NCBI GenBank assembly: GCA_964342815.1
Contig: CAYFHS010000016.1
Span: 42,515-86,010 of the forward strand
Source of the DNA: an uncultured archaeon
GTDB taxonomy: Archaea > Thermoplasmatota > Penumbrarchaeia > JASLWR01
Length of the DNA: 43,496 bases
Direction of reading: 5' to 3'
The position numbers and the translations under genes are program-made. The notes beneath the pieces were generated by a model. It was not told where the DNA came from. It saw nothing but the letters and a program-made list of their open reading frames with translations, and did no database searches. Below are positions 23,382 to 32,367 of the stretch, in pieces; position 1 is the stretch's first letter, and every line of letters starts with the position of its first letter.

Positions 23382-26300
23382 TCACTCCTGGTAACGGTCC
23401 CAATCTACATCGTCCTCGTTTATTGGAAGGTCCTTTTCAGACACCGAAAGACCGTTATCATCCTTCCTTTTCCGAACGAACATTGCAATAATCGTAGCCA
23501 ATAGGAACACTGCTACGAGGAGAATTATTACAATTACAAGAATTGAAACACCGTCATTGGGTCCTTCGCCGCTTCCCACCTGTTTCTGCTCGGCCATGGG
23601 CGCAAAAATGGTGAAATGGCTTACATTGGCATAAACGATGTTATTGTCCGTATCCACCTGAGTTTTCTCGCATTTCTGCCACCCGTTGCTGTCCTCATCC
23701 CAGTAGTAGAGTAAAAGGTCTGCTTCGTTCACGTTCTCCGGTATTTCGTCATCATCGTAGTGTATTTCCACGTAGAACCAGTCCAGGTCCCCATCGATCT
23801 CGGCTATTATGAAATTGCCAATTATCATCCGACCATCCGGTACATCACTCTTCGCCTTCTCGGGAATGTCAGAATCGTCCACCCATTTCCAGATTACCTT
23901 TCCATCGCCCTTGAACTTGCATACCACTTTCTGACCTTGACGGTTCTTGAACTCGGCCTCAACAACCTCGTCCTTGTTCACTGGGATGTTTGCCTCCTGG
24001 TCCTCGTCGAAATCCTCGTACTTGATTTTGCCAGTTTCGTCGATCTCGTCTGGAACCGCCTGATCACTACCCGGTGGGTTGAAGTAATTGACCTCTCCAA
24101 CAAAATTTGGATCATGGAAAACACGATGGGCAGCGGGATATAGATATCCTCCTTTCATCATAAATCCGAAAAATATTCCTTTCGTCATATTGCGGTGGTG
24201 AACCCAATCAACAAGTTCCACGACCTTTTCAACGCCGTGAACCTGGAAGTATGCAGGGGCCGTATAGGATTCGTTGCTATCGGCATCAGACCATATCTCA
24301 ACATCGGATACCCAGGTCATCCGTCCAACTCTCTGCCAGTTGTCTGCGAAATCGATGGTGTTGCGTTCGATGGCCTTGGCCTCTATAATATCCCTAAGCT
24401 TTAATTTCCCGAACATCTCCTCTTTGTGAAGGCGGTCCAGCAGAGCGGCGACATCGTCTTTGGTGACGTTGAAGCCTTCGCCGTGCCTGTAAGCCCATTC
24501 CAGTATATATCGGACCTCTTCCTCACCAATGTGTCCCTGCTTAATGGCCCAAACAAGCATTTTTACGAATTTTTCCTTGCTCAGAAATCCCTCTCCAAGA
24601 GCCTTTATGAGGATATGCACCATCACCTTTTCGGAGAGTTCTCCATCCCGGCGAACCAATACCAGTATCAGAATAATATCCTCTCCCGAAAGAGAACCTT
24701 CCTGGTGCAATCTGCTTAGGAGGTGATGTATCATATCCGCGTCAAATAACCGGAACTTATGTCCTATTTTGAATATAAAGGCAATGTCCTCCAGCTTCAG
24801 CTCACCTCCGTCGAGAGCCATTTTAATTAGCTTCACAAGGTCTTCTTTCTGCAACTCTCCCGCCTTGATCGCATGTACTATTATTTCTGCTAGGTCCTCA
24901 CGACTAAGCTCACCTGCTGCATACGCCTTGAAGAGTATCCATTTGACGTCCTCCAATGTTAGATTACCCCATTTGTACGACATCATAAGAAGCCAGCGGA
25001 GATCTTCGCGGTTAAGCTCACCCGACTTGTAAGCTTCTATTATTAGTAATTTCAGATCGTCACGGCTAAGCTCACCTTTCTTGTATGCGTTGATCAAGAT
25101 CCACCGGAGATCTTCTCGTTTCAATTCACCTTTCATGTGGGCTTGTATAAGAAGCCAGCGGAGGTCCTCACGGCTAAGCTCGCCCACCTTGTAGGATATG
25201 AAAAGTATCCATCGGAGGTCCTCACGGCTAAGCTCACCCTCTTCATAAGCTCTTATTATGAGTCGCCTTAGATCCTCTCGGGTCAGGTTATTCCGAATGT
25301 ATGCCGTGATAATGATCCATTTCAGGTCCGTTCGATTGATCTCACCCTTCATGAAACCGTGGAAAAGGAGTTTTCTCAATTCCTCGAGACCAAATTCACC
25401 ATCTTCCCATGCTGAGACAAGAATCCAACGGAGGGTTACGCGGCTTATAAGACCTTTCCGGTATAAGCTGAAGAGAATCCAGTTCAGATGCTCATGACGA
25501 AGCTCGTGTCTTGTGTACATCCCCACAATAAGCCACTTCAGCTCTAACACAGATAATTTGGAAGCATTACCGAGCTCCATGATAAGATGAAGTATGTCCA
25601 CTTGGCTGAGTCGGCCGTTTCGATAGGCTTCCACCAGAAGGCCGCGGAGAACGCTTATGTTGATATCGTTTACGGAAAAGGAGCGGTTAATGTACCACAT
25701 TAGATCCTGTAGTTTCACGTCCTTTTCCAGAAGCATCCACACCAGATCGTCAAATTTCAGGTCATGGAGTTTGTAGCTGCGGAACAGGATCCAACGTAAC
25801 TCCTCACGGGTGGTTAGATCGTTCTCAAGACTGCTGAATAAAATCCAGCGGATCTCTTCACGGTTAAGTTGGTTCCGGTGATGAGAATCCACTAATATCC
25901 ATCTCAGATCATCGAGATTCATTTGACCGCCGGCATAGGCCAGCAATATAAGAAATTTAAGTTTCATAAGGTCGATTTCCTCGTTGGCATATGCGCTGAG
26001 AACGAACCACTTGAACTGTACCAGGGGCTCCAGTAGGGTTTCATTCCCAAGTAGTGCGGTGGTAAAGTTGTAAAGATCATCAAAGGTTAAATTTCCTCTT
26101 GCATGCGCCGTGAACACTGCTCGTCTAACATCATCTCTTGCCAGCACACGATTGATGTAGATGGTCATGATATTTTGGATCCAATTCTGGTTGTTATCCT
26201 GGCGGTTCGTTATGTTTTCCAATACCATATGGTACTCGGGCGGGGTTCTCGTAATGCTCTGCACATCCGTATCGAGTAGGGCCCCATGGTCCTTCAGCGA

Positions 26301-29300
26301 CGTTAGCAGAAGGTTCACGTCATTCACTTTAATAAAACCGTAACGGAAAGAATCTCTAAGCAATATTTCGATCTCTTGTTCAGTCATCCAATCATGTTCA
26401 TGGGCTGCCAGTAGAGCTTCCTTTACCACATCCAAAGAAAAGTTACCCCTGGAGTAGGGCAATATTAGCAAGAAACGGAGATCTCGAAGGTCCATGCTCA
26501 AGGAATCCTTTTCACCAGGCTTTCGCGTTCCCGAGAATACACGTATTATTATGATCGAGACGTCCTCTTGGCTGAATACATCCTTCTCATACAGGTGGAG
26601 GACGAAAGCGAGGATATCTCGCCTTGTGAGACCCTTCATCTGAAATCCAATTGCGAGAAGGTGGCCGATATCAGCGTTGTCAAAGATATCTTCCAGGTAA
26701 CCGGCGGCGATCATCCCCATCCAATCCTCCTTGGTGATCAAGTCCACCCAGAAAGCGAAGAGCAGGAAGCGCATCATCTCGTCTCTATTCACGATTCCAT
26801 TTTCATGACACCGAAACACGATACGGAACCAATCCTCCTTGGAGATTATCCCCTTATGATATGCCAGCGCCAGAATGAATAGCCATTCCTCGGAGCGCAG
26901 TTTCTGCTGCTTAAAGGTAAGCCATAGAATATCCAGAAGCTCGGTCCTGTTGATAATACCGCTTAAGTGGGCGAAATTCAGAACCGCTACGAGATCTTCA
27001 TGGGACAGAACCTCCATGTTGAAGGCCGTGATGATCAATTTTGTCCAGTGATCCTGTTCAATAATCTTCTCTTTGTAGAGGAAAGCAAAGAAGGATATCA
27101 GATCCTCTCTCTCAAGACCGCCTTTTTCGTAAACTTCGAAAAAGACGTTTATTAAAAATTTTTCATCGATCAGATCATTTTTATGAATCCGAAGAACAAT
27201 GTAGACCCATTCCTCTTTCGTCAGTATCCCGTGGAAATACAGCAATGATAGTACGTAGATCACATCCTCGGGAGGTGCCATCTCGGAATGGAAGACCTTC
27301 TCTATTATCCCGATAAGCATCTCCTTGTCCAGCCTTCCCTGTTGATAAGCCGTAAGAATAATTTTAACCCATTCTTCCTTCATGATCCAACCCTTTTTGG
27401 TAAGATCGATGAGGATGTCCCTCCACTGGTCTCTGGAGAATTTTTCCTCAGCTCCCAATTCCATGATTATGTAAACGAGGTCTTCCTGTGTGAGAAAACC
27501 CATCTCCCGGGAGAATATTAGAATGTCTACGAACTCCTCCCGGTGCATGAATCCTTCCTGATAAGCTATAACCAGAAGACCAACGAGTTTTTCCTTGCTG
27601 ATGACCTGACCTTCAACCATCTCAGTGAGTATCCACATAAGTTCCTCACCGGCTATTATCTTGTGTTCCTTCATTTTGAAGAGAAGCCCAATGATATCCT
27701 TGTCCCCAACCGTACCTGACTTGTATAGGGAGAGAAAAACGTCCCTAAGATCGTACTTGGTTATTTCATGGTGTTTATAGGCGTCCAGCAGCACCTCAAA
27801 AAACTCACGTTGGGATATCTTTCCATTTTCAAGAGCCGAACCAAGCTCCCTGATATCCTTTCTTTCACCGGAATTTATCACCACAGGATCATCCTTCCCC
27901 TCCTCACCCTCAATTCTATGTTTCTTTTCGTTATCATCTGCATATTCAGCATGACCCCCACCCCTGAGCATATCAAGAAGCTCCCCTTTCAACCAGCTTG
28001 CGACGTAGGCGGAAATATGATTGCCCATTAGCGTATGGGTCTCAAGCATGAGCTTGGATTCCACGGATTCAGCTTCGTTTAAGGGAGGGGCTGTATCCCA
28101 ACCTATAATATCGTGGTCGAACTTGAAATCTGCTGTTATTGAGTGACCCTGGTACTTTTCATTACCCTTAAGCGTCGTTTTGATCCCTTCTTTGGTAACG
28201 TTGATATCATAGTACGGAATGTCCTCGATTGTAATATTCTCCACAGACACCTTGACATGGAAGGTGAACTCTACCTTTTCAAGAGCAATTCGGTTATTGA
28301 TCGGGCCCTCGTTCTTTTCATCTCCAATATAATTGTAAGGTAGGTCTTTCCGGCTAAGTCGGAACTGCCAAACTCTGTGCTTCTCGTCGGATTCGATCAA
28401 TGTCGGTCTGGAAAGCTCCCAGCTTCCAATCAGGTCAACCGCTTTGATTATTGGCTCGTGGGTCTCTTTCAATTCGGGTCTTTCCCGCGGCTCTTCAGGT
28501 TTCTCATTGGGATCACCCGGTTTCTCATTGGGGTCACCCGGTTTTTCGCTGCTATCTTTCTCATCTTCTTCTTGTCTGGTTCTATCTTCCCCGGACTTCT
28601 CCTCATCCTTGGCATCTGTGCCATCACCATTCTCATTCTCATTATCTGGTTTCTCGTCCCCGGATTTCATCTCATCGATCTTGTAGAAATCGAATGCGCT
28701 GTTGTCATTAATATCCCGGAACTCGAAAATATAATCCAAACGCTGAGCAAAGACGGTCTGAACAGGTATCCCCGTCCCCTTTTCATTTCGTTCCTTGCCG
28801 TCATCATCCCGCTTGTTCACATCGGCTACACCGAGGTATCTCGTGTACATGGATACAAGGGTCACGGAATTGGGATTCTCCTCAGTACCATATACCACGG
28901 CAAACCAGGAATCCTTTCCCACGCGGATTGCAACAAAATCACCTCCACCAAAATCTTCTGTTGAACCCACTTCCAGATTGGCATCTCCGATCCCGGGAGC
29001 TTTGTCCTGCGGGGGGTGTTTTTCATAATCGGGTTTCTCATCACCAGCGGAGTCCTCCCCAGGTTTCCCGGAATCGTCTGATTCATCCTCATTCGAAATA
29101 TCTTCCCCATCCGGTTTTTCATCCTCATCCGGTTTTTCATCCTCACCGGGCTTTTCCTCGGATGAAACTTCTTCTTCCTTCCCCTCCGCAGTGGGAGTCT
29201 CGGAATTGTCCGATTCTTTCTCACCTTCTATATTATCATCGTTTCCATCTTCATTGAAAGCGGCTACGACACTAGCTCCGATACCGCTGATCAAAAGCAG

Positions 29301-29348
29301 CATCGCCATTGAAATAGCAAGCAATTGTCCCATTTTCACGGTTTTCAT
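23382..29348 (-). CDS. Giant surface protein with about 60 tandem 18-aa helical repeats, a juxtamembrane ZU5/PGF-pre-PGF-like domain with an HFT motif, TM and acidic tail
   Basis: 1988-aa ORF with GAGGTGA RBS and a signal peptide. The repeat array spans aa about 509-1643. TM VSILVIVIILLVAVFLLATIIAMFVRKRK. Confidence 0.9.
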   Translation of the reverse strand: MKTVKMGQLLAISMAMLLLISGIGASVVAAFNEDGNDDNIEGEKESDNSETPTAEGKEEEVSSEEKPGEDEKPDEDEKPDGEDISNEDESDDSGKPGEDSAGDEKPDYEKHPPQDKAPGIGDANLEVGSTEDFGGGDFVAIRVGKDSWFAVVYGTEENPNSVTLVSMYTRYLGVADVNKRDDDGKERNEKGTGIPVQTVFAQRLDYIFEFRDINDNSAFDFYKIDEMKSGDEKPDNENENGDGTDAKDEEKSGEDRTRQEEDEKDSSEKPGDPNEKPGDPNEKPEEPRERPELKETHEPIIKAVDLIGSWELSRPTLIESDEKHRVWQFRLSRKDLPYNYIGDEKNEGPINNRIALEKVEFTFHVKVSVENITIEDIPYYDINVTKEGIKTTLKGNEKYQGHSITADFKFDHDIIGWDTAPPLNEAESVESKLMLETHTLMGNHISAYVASWLKGELLDMLRGGGHAEYADDNEKKHRIEGEEGKDDPVVINSGERKDIRELGSALENGKISQREFFEVLLDAYKHHEITKYDLRDVFLSLYKSGTVGDKDIIGLLFKMKEHKIIAGEELMWILTEMVEGQVISKEKLVGLLVIAYQEGFMHREEFVDILIFSREMGFLTQEDLVYIIMELGAEEKFSRDQWRDILIDLTKKGWIMKEEWVKIILTAYQQGRLDKEMLIGIIEKVFHSEMAPPEDVIYVLSLLYFHGILTKEEWVYIVLRIHKNDLIDEKFLINVFFEVYEKGGLEREDLISFFAFLYKEKIIEQDHWTKLIITAFNMEVLSHEDLVAVLNFAHLSGIINRTELLDILWLTFKQQKLRSEEWLFILALAYHKGIISKEDWFRIVFRCHENGIVNRDEMMRFLLFAFWVDLITKEDWMGMIAAGYLEDIFDNADIGHLLAIGFQMKGLTRRDILAFVLHLYEKDVFSQEDVSIIIIRVFSGTRKPGEKDSLSMDLRDLRFLLILPYSRGNFSLDVVKEALLAAHEHDWMTEQEIEILLRDSFRYGFIKVNDVNLLLTSLKDHGALLDTDVQSITRTPPEYHMVLENITNRQDNNQNWIQNIMTIYINRVLARDDVRRAVFTAHARGNLTFDDLYNFTTALLGNETLLEPLVQFKWFVLSAYANEEIDLMKLKFLILLAYAGGQMNLDDLRWILVDSHHRNQLNREEIRWILFSSLENDLTTREELRWILFRSYKLHDLKFDDLVWMLLEKDVKLQDLMWYINRSFSVNDINISVLRGLLVEAYRNGRLSQVDILHLIMELGNASKLSVLELKWLIVGMYTRHELRHEHLNWILFSLYRKGLISRVTLRWILVSAWEDGEFGLEELRKLLFHGFMKGEINRTDLKWIIITAYIRNNLTREDLRRLIIRAYEEGELSREDLRWILFISYKVGELSREDLRWLLIQAHMKGELKREDLRWILINAYKKGELSRDDLKLLIIEAYKSGELNREDLRWLLMMSYKWGNLTLEDVKWILFKAYAAGELSREDLAEIIVHAIKAGELQKEDLVKLIKMALDGGELKLEDIAFIFKIGHKFRLFDADMIHHLLSRLHQEGSLSGEDIILILVLVRRDGELSEKVMVHILIKALGEGFLSKEKFVKMLVWAIKQGHIGEEEVRYILEWAYRHGEGFNVTKDDVAALLDRLHKEEMFGKLKLRDIIEAKAIERNTIDFADNWQRVGRMTWVSDVEIWSDADSNESYTAPAYFQVHGVEKVVELVDWVHHRNMTKGIFFGFMMKGGYLYPAAHRVFHDPNFVGEVNYFNPPGSDQAVPDEIDETGKIKYEDFDEDQEANIPVNKDEVVEAEFKNRQGQKVVCKFKGDGKVIWKWVDDSDIPEKAKSDVPDGRMIIGNFIIAEIDGDLDWFYVEIHYDDDEIPENVNEADLLLYYWDEDSNGWQKCEKTQVDTDNNIVYANVSHFTIFAPMAEQKQVGSGEGPNDGVSILVIVIILLVAVFLLATIIAMFVRKRKDDNGLSVSEKDLPINEDDVDWDRYQE
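24420..27824 (-). repeat. Array of about 60 18-aa (54-bp) repeats, consensus G-x-[LI]-[ST]-x-[ED]-[ED]-[LW]-x-x-[IL]-[LI]-x-x-[AS]-[YH]-x-x
   Basis: Examples: GELSREDLRWILFISYKV, GELSREDLRWLLIQAHMK, GELKREDLRWILINAYKK. The DNA motif GGAGGTCCTCACGGCTAAGCTC occurs at 25160 and 25214, 54 bp apart. Confidence 0.92.
28498..28545 (-). repeat. Short 21-bp tandem repeat encoding EKPGDPN
   Basis: EKPGDPNEKPGDPNEKP. Related EKP repeats with an 18-bp unit (DEDEKP) lie at about 29109-29150. Confidence 0.85.
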
Positions 29349-29494
29349 GGATTCACCTCTCGAGATTAAATGAAATATTTTATCCCTAAATCCATATATG
29401 ATTATATAAAGAATGGTAGAATATATGTATAAATTATATCAACTTTAAACGAGAATGTCAAATAATCGGATTCGGAAACAATGTTCAGCAAATT

Positions 29495-30379
29495 CTAATT
29501 TATTGCTGTACCATCATCCAGCTCTTTGCCGCATTTGGGACATTCTTTGACTCTGTTCACCGGTACTTTTTGTTTGCAAAAATCACATAAATACTCCTTC
29601 TTACATGATATGCACCTCGTTGCGCCCAGGGGCATTGGCTCGAGACACTTCTCACACCTGAACATTCTCCCGCAGAGTCGACAGCTCATGGAATAAGCGC
29701 TTATTACTTTCCCGCATTTTGGACAATTCAAATCGAAATCAGCAATACAAACAGGGCATCGGCCGCTACCACCGCATTCTTTGCATTTCCTTCTGAAAAG
29801 ACCCCTACGACCTTTTCCGGAACAATTCCTGCATCTGAGCGTATTACGGCAAGATATACAATATATCCCGTATTCCTTCCGATTGCGTTTGACTTCGTCG
29901 TTCTTTCCCCGCTCCATCTCGATAAATTCTTCCTCTGTTATCTCTTCGACCTTTTCTTTTTCAGGATCATATGATGCCGTCCCGTCGAAATCGATATTAT
30001 GCACTCCGTCTACCCCCACAACCCTTGCGTCGTCCATTGTAAAGAATCCGGTCTCCTTTCCACGATCCACCTCGGTTACGACCTTTGACATATCCCATTG
30101 GTCAATATCATCCTTCAACTGGAATCCAATGATCTCTGCATCCACAAGATCCTGAATGGTGGAATCGATTTCAGTTTCCACCACGAGGTGTAACCCGTCC
30201 GCCCAGTTTGTCTCCCTTTTATTCTCATTGTGCTCCCCGGGACTAAGTTCTGTGTTTTCATCCTTCACTTTTTTTTCGGATTTTTTCTTATGTGGAAGGA
30301 CACGTTTCGGTTCCCTCTTGTGACTTGAGCGGGTATTGGGATCATTATTCATTTTTCCTTTTACTTTCTTCTCAGGCAT
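29495..30379 (-). CDS. Multi-zinc-finger protein (ten CxxC pairs; DnaJ-like CxxCxGxG plus double zinc ribbons)
   Basis: CISC, CRNCSGKG, CKECGGSG, CPVC, CPKC, CRLC, CEKC, CISC, CDFC, CPKC, after a charged N-terminal half. Confidence 0.8.
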   Translation of the reverse strand: MPEKKVKGKMNNDPNTRSSHKREPKRVLPHKKKSEKKVKDENTELSPGEHNENKRETNWADGLHLVVETEIDSTIQDLVDAEIIGFQLKDDIDQWDMSKVVTEVDRGKETGFFTMDDARVVGVDGVHNIDFDGTASYDPEKEKVEEITEEEFIEMERGKNDEVKRNRKEYGIYCISCRNTLRCRNCSGKGRRGLFRRKCKECGGSGRCPVCIADFDLNCPKCGKVISAYSMSCRLCGRMFRCEKCLEPMPLGATRCISCKKEYLCDFCKQKVPVNRVKECPKCGKELDDGTAIN

Positions 30380-30553
30380 CCTTATCTCAATACCATCTTC
30401 TTTATATAAATTAAATCATATCAATCATCTCCGCGCAAGGATTAAGATAATTCAATACAATTTAAACCTAAACAGCTCATTCGAAAATACAAATCCATCA
30501 AGAAGCATAATAAACAAGCAGGGATATTCCGTTGTCCAGAAAATGAAACGAGT

Positions 30554-31126
30554 GTGGAAATGATGAAGGAAAGATACCTCATTGCATTGACCGGTGCCAG
30601 CGGTATCAGATATGGTACGGCTCTGCTCAGCATAATGAAGGAATTAAATCTTGAACATGATCTAATAATGTCCAAACATGCAATAGAGATACTGCAATTC
30701 GAAGAAGGTCGGAGAACGGAAGAACTGGATTTCTTTGCAAGGAAAATATATTCGAACCAGGATCTCTTCTCCCCCCCTGCCTCCGGAAGCGTCCACTATA
30801 AAGCCATGATCATCATTCCATGTTCAATATCAACCGCAGGCAAGATCAATAGCTGCATCGGCGATAACCTCATAACCAGGGCTGCCCAAGTCATGTTAAA
30901 AGAAAGACGGAAATTAATTATCGTACCCCGGGAAACGCCTCTTTCCACCCAGCATCTGAAAATGCTCTACGAACTCTCCCGCTCAGGGACAATCGTGGTA
31001 CCCGCCTCACCGGGTTTCTACCACCATCCGGAAGATATAAAGGATCTAGAAAAATTCATGGTCCAAAAGATTCTTGGTTTACTGGGTGTGGATGCAAATT
31101 TGTTCAAACCTTTTTCAGGAAAATGA
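30554..31126 (+). CDS. ubiX: Flavin prenyltransferase UbiX
   Basis: IALTGASG, ASGS, IIPCS, DNLITRAA, VPRETP and PGFYHHP motifs. Confidence 0.95.
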   Translation: MEMMKERYLIALTGASGIRYGTALLSIMKELNLEHDLIMSKHAIEILQFEEGRRTEELDFFARKIYSNQDLFSPPASGSVHYKAMIIIPCSISTAGKINSCIGDNLITRAAQVMLKERRKLIIVPRETPLSTQHLKMLYELSRSGTIVVPASPGFYHHPEDIKDLEKFMVQKILGLLGVDANLFKPFSGK

Positions 31127-31243
31127 CCTATAATGGTTTTTCCGGTAACTTAAACGATAAATAAGTTATATGAGTTATGGGATTCTCCACCGACATATTA
31201 TACCAAGAACAACCGGGATTATGAGAGATGGGGGTGTAAAAAT

Positions 31244-31510
31244 ATGAATTATAATGAAAAAATACAGCAAATTCTTACAGTTTTGGACGACCTGGCGGAG
31301 GATACTTCCGTACCAAGAAATATACGCAAAGGCGCTAAAGAGGCGAAAGCACTTATACTAAATGAGAAAGAAGCCCGAGATGTCAGAATAGCCAGTGCAA
31401 TTTTCATTCTCGACGAACTCGCTAATGATCCCAACATTCCATTACACGGTAGAACGCTCATCTGGAACATAATATCCCAGCTGGAAACAGTAGCTGAGCT
31501 TCCGGATTGA
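31244..31510 (+). CDS. UPF0147 family protein
   Basis: DTSVPRNIR and LDELANDPNIPLHGRTLIWNIISQLE match this archaeal family. Confidence 0.92.
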   Translation: MNYNEKIQQILTVLDDLAEDTSVPRNIRKGAKEAKALILNEKEARDVRIASAIFILDELANDPNIPLHGRTLIWNIISQLETVAELPD

Positions 31511-31524
31511 TATACCAAGATCCC

Positions 31525-32346
31525 CTATATTATAACTTGATTTTCTGAAAAATGATTTGCAATAGAGATATAGTCATCAACACTTAATTCTCCGGCTCGT
31601 TTTTCTAAAAATGGAGCTATGGAGGATTCCTTTTCCATGGTTTCCAATAATAATTTCCCTGAATATCCAAGAGAATTCTTCAGTTTCTTTCTCCTTTTGT
31701 TAAACGCCGAACGTACGATGTTCTTGAAAATTTCATAATTTATTACCACTTTTTCCCTTTCCCTTCTCACGAGACTTACCAGTGCCGAATCCACGTCTGG
31801 GGACGGATAGAATACGGTCCTTCCGATCTTCCTGATCAGGGTCGGAACAAAATGGTACTGACACATGACACTCAATCTTGAATATTCCTTGCAGTCGGGT
31901 GCGGAACAGAGTCTTCGGCCGAATTCGTACTGGTACATCAGAACTGCCCGACTGATCCCCATGTCAGATAAACGGAAAGTGATGGGCGAAGATATGTTGT
32001 AAGGGAGGTTGGCTATCACTTTATCGAAAACAGGTAAATCCTCCGATAAAAAATCACCGTGGATCAAAGTGAGATTATCATATTTTGTATCTAAAGTGGC
32101 CTTAAGGTAGTTGTGAAGAATAGGATCGATCTCAACAGCCGTTACCGTGGCACCAGTCTCTAATAATTTTTCGGTTAAAAAACCCAAACCAGGTCCGATC
32201 TCGAGAATGTTGTCATTGCTGTGGATATCCGCTTCTCTAATTTGTTTTTTTAAAATATTTTCATCAATTAGAAAGTGTTGCCCCCTTCGCTTTAAAGGAG
32301 GTATCCCGAGATCTTTCAGCGTCTCCTTGACGAAGCTCCTATGCAT
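31525..32346 (-). CDS. ksgA: 16S rRNA adenine dimethyltransferase KsgA/RsmA
   Basis: GQHFL, LEIGPGLG, ANLPYNISSP, RLSV and F-x-P-x-P-x-VDS motifs. Confidence 0.95.
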   Translation of the reverse strand: MHRSFVKETLKDLGIPPLKRRGQHFLIDENILKKQIREADIHSNDNILEIGPGLGFLTEKLLETGATVTAVEIDPILHNYLKATLDTKYDNLTLIHGDFLSEDLPVFDKVIANLPYNISSPITFRLSDMGISRAVLMYQYEFGRRLCSAPDCKEYSRLSVMCQYHFVPTLIRKIGRTVFYPSPDVDSALVSLVRREREKVVINYEIFKNIVRSAFNKRRKKLKNSLGYSGKLLLETMEKESSIAPFLEKRAGELSVDDYISIANHFSENQVII

Positions 32347-32367
32347 GTGAAGTACCCTATTATCTTC

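Noticed and set aside
24420-27824. EF-hand or multi-pass transmembrane interpretation of the 18-mer array
   Set aside because: The G-x-I-S-x-E-E pattern lacks the DxDxDG first half of an EF loop, and each hydrophobic run is only about 10-12 residues and bounded by charges, too short for TM helices.
30554-31126. ubiX without an adjacent ubiD as a novel pathway
   Set aside because: Unlinked ubiX and ubiD-family genes are common in archaea; the partner is probably elsewhere in the genome.
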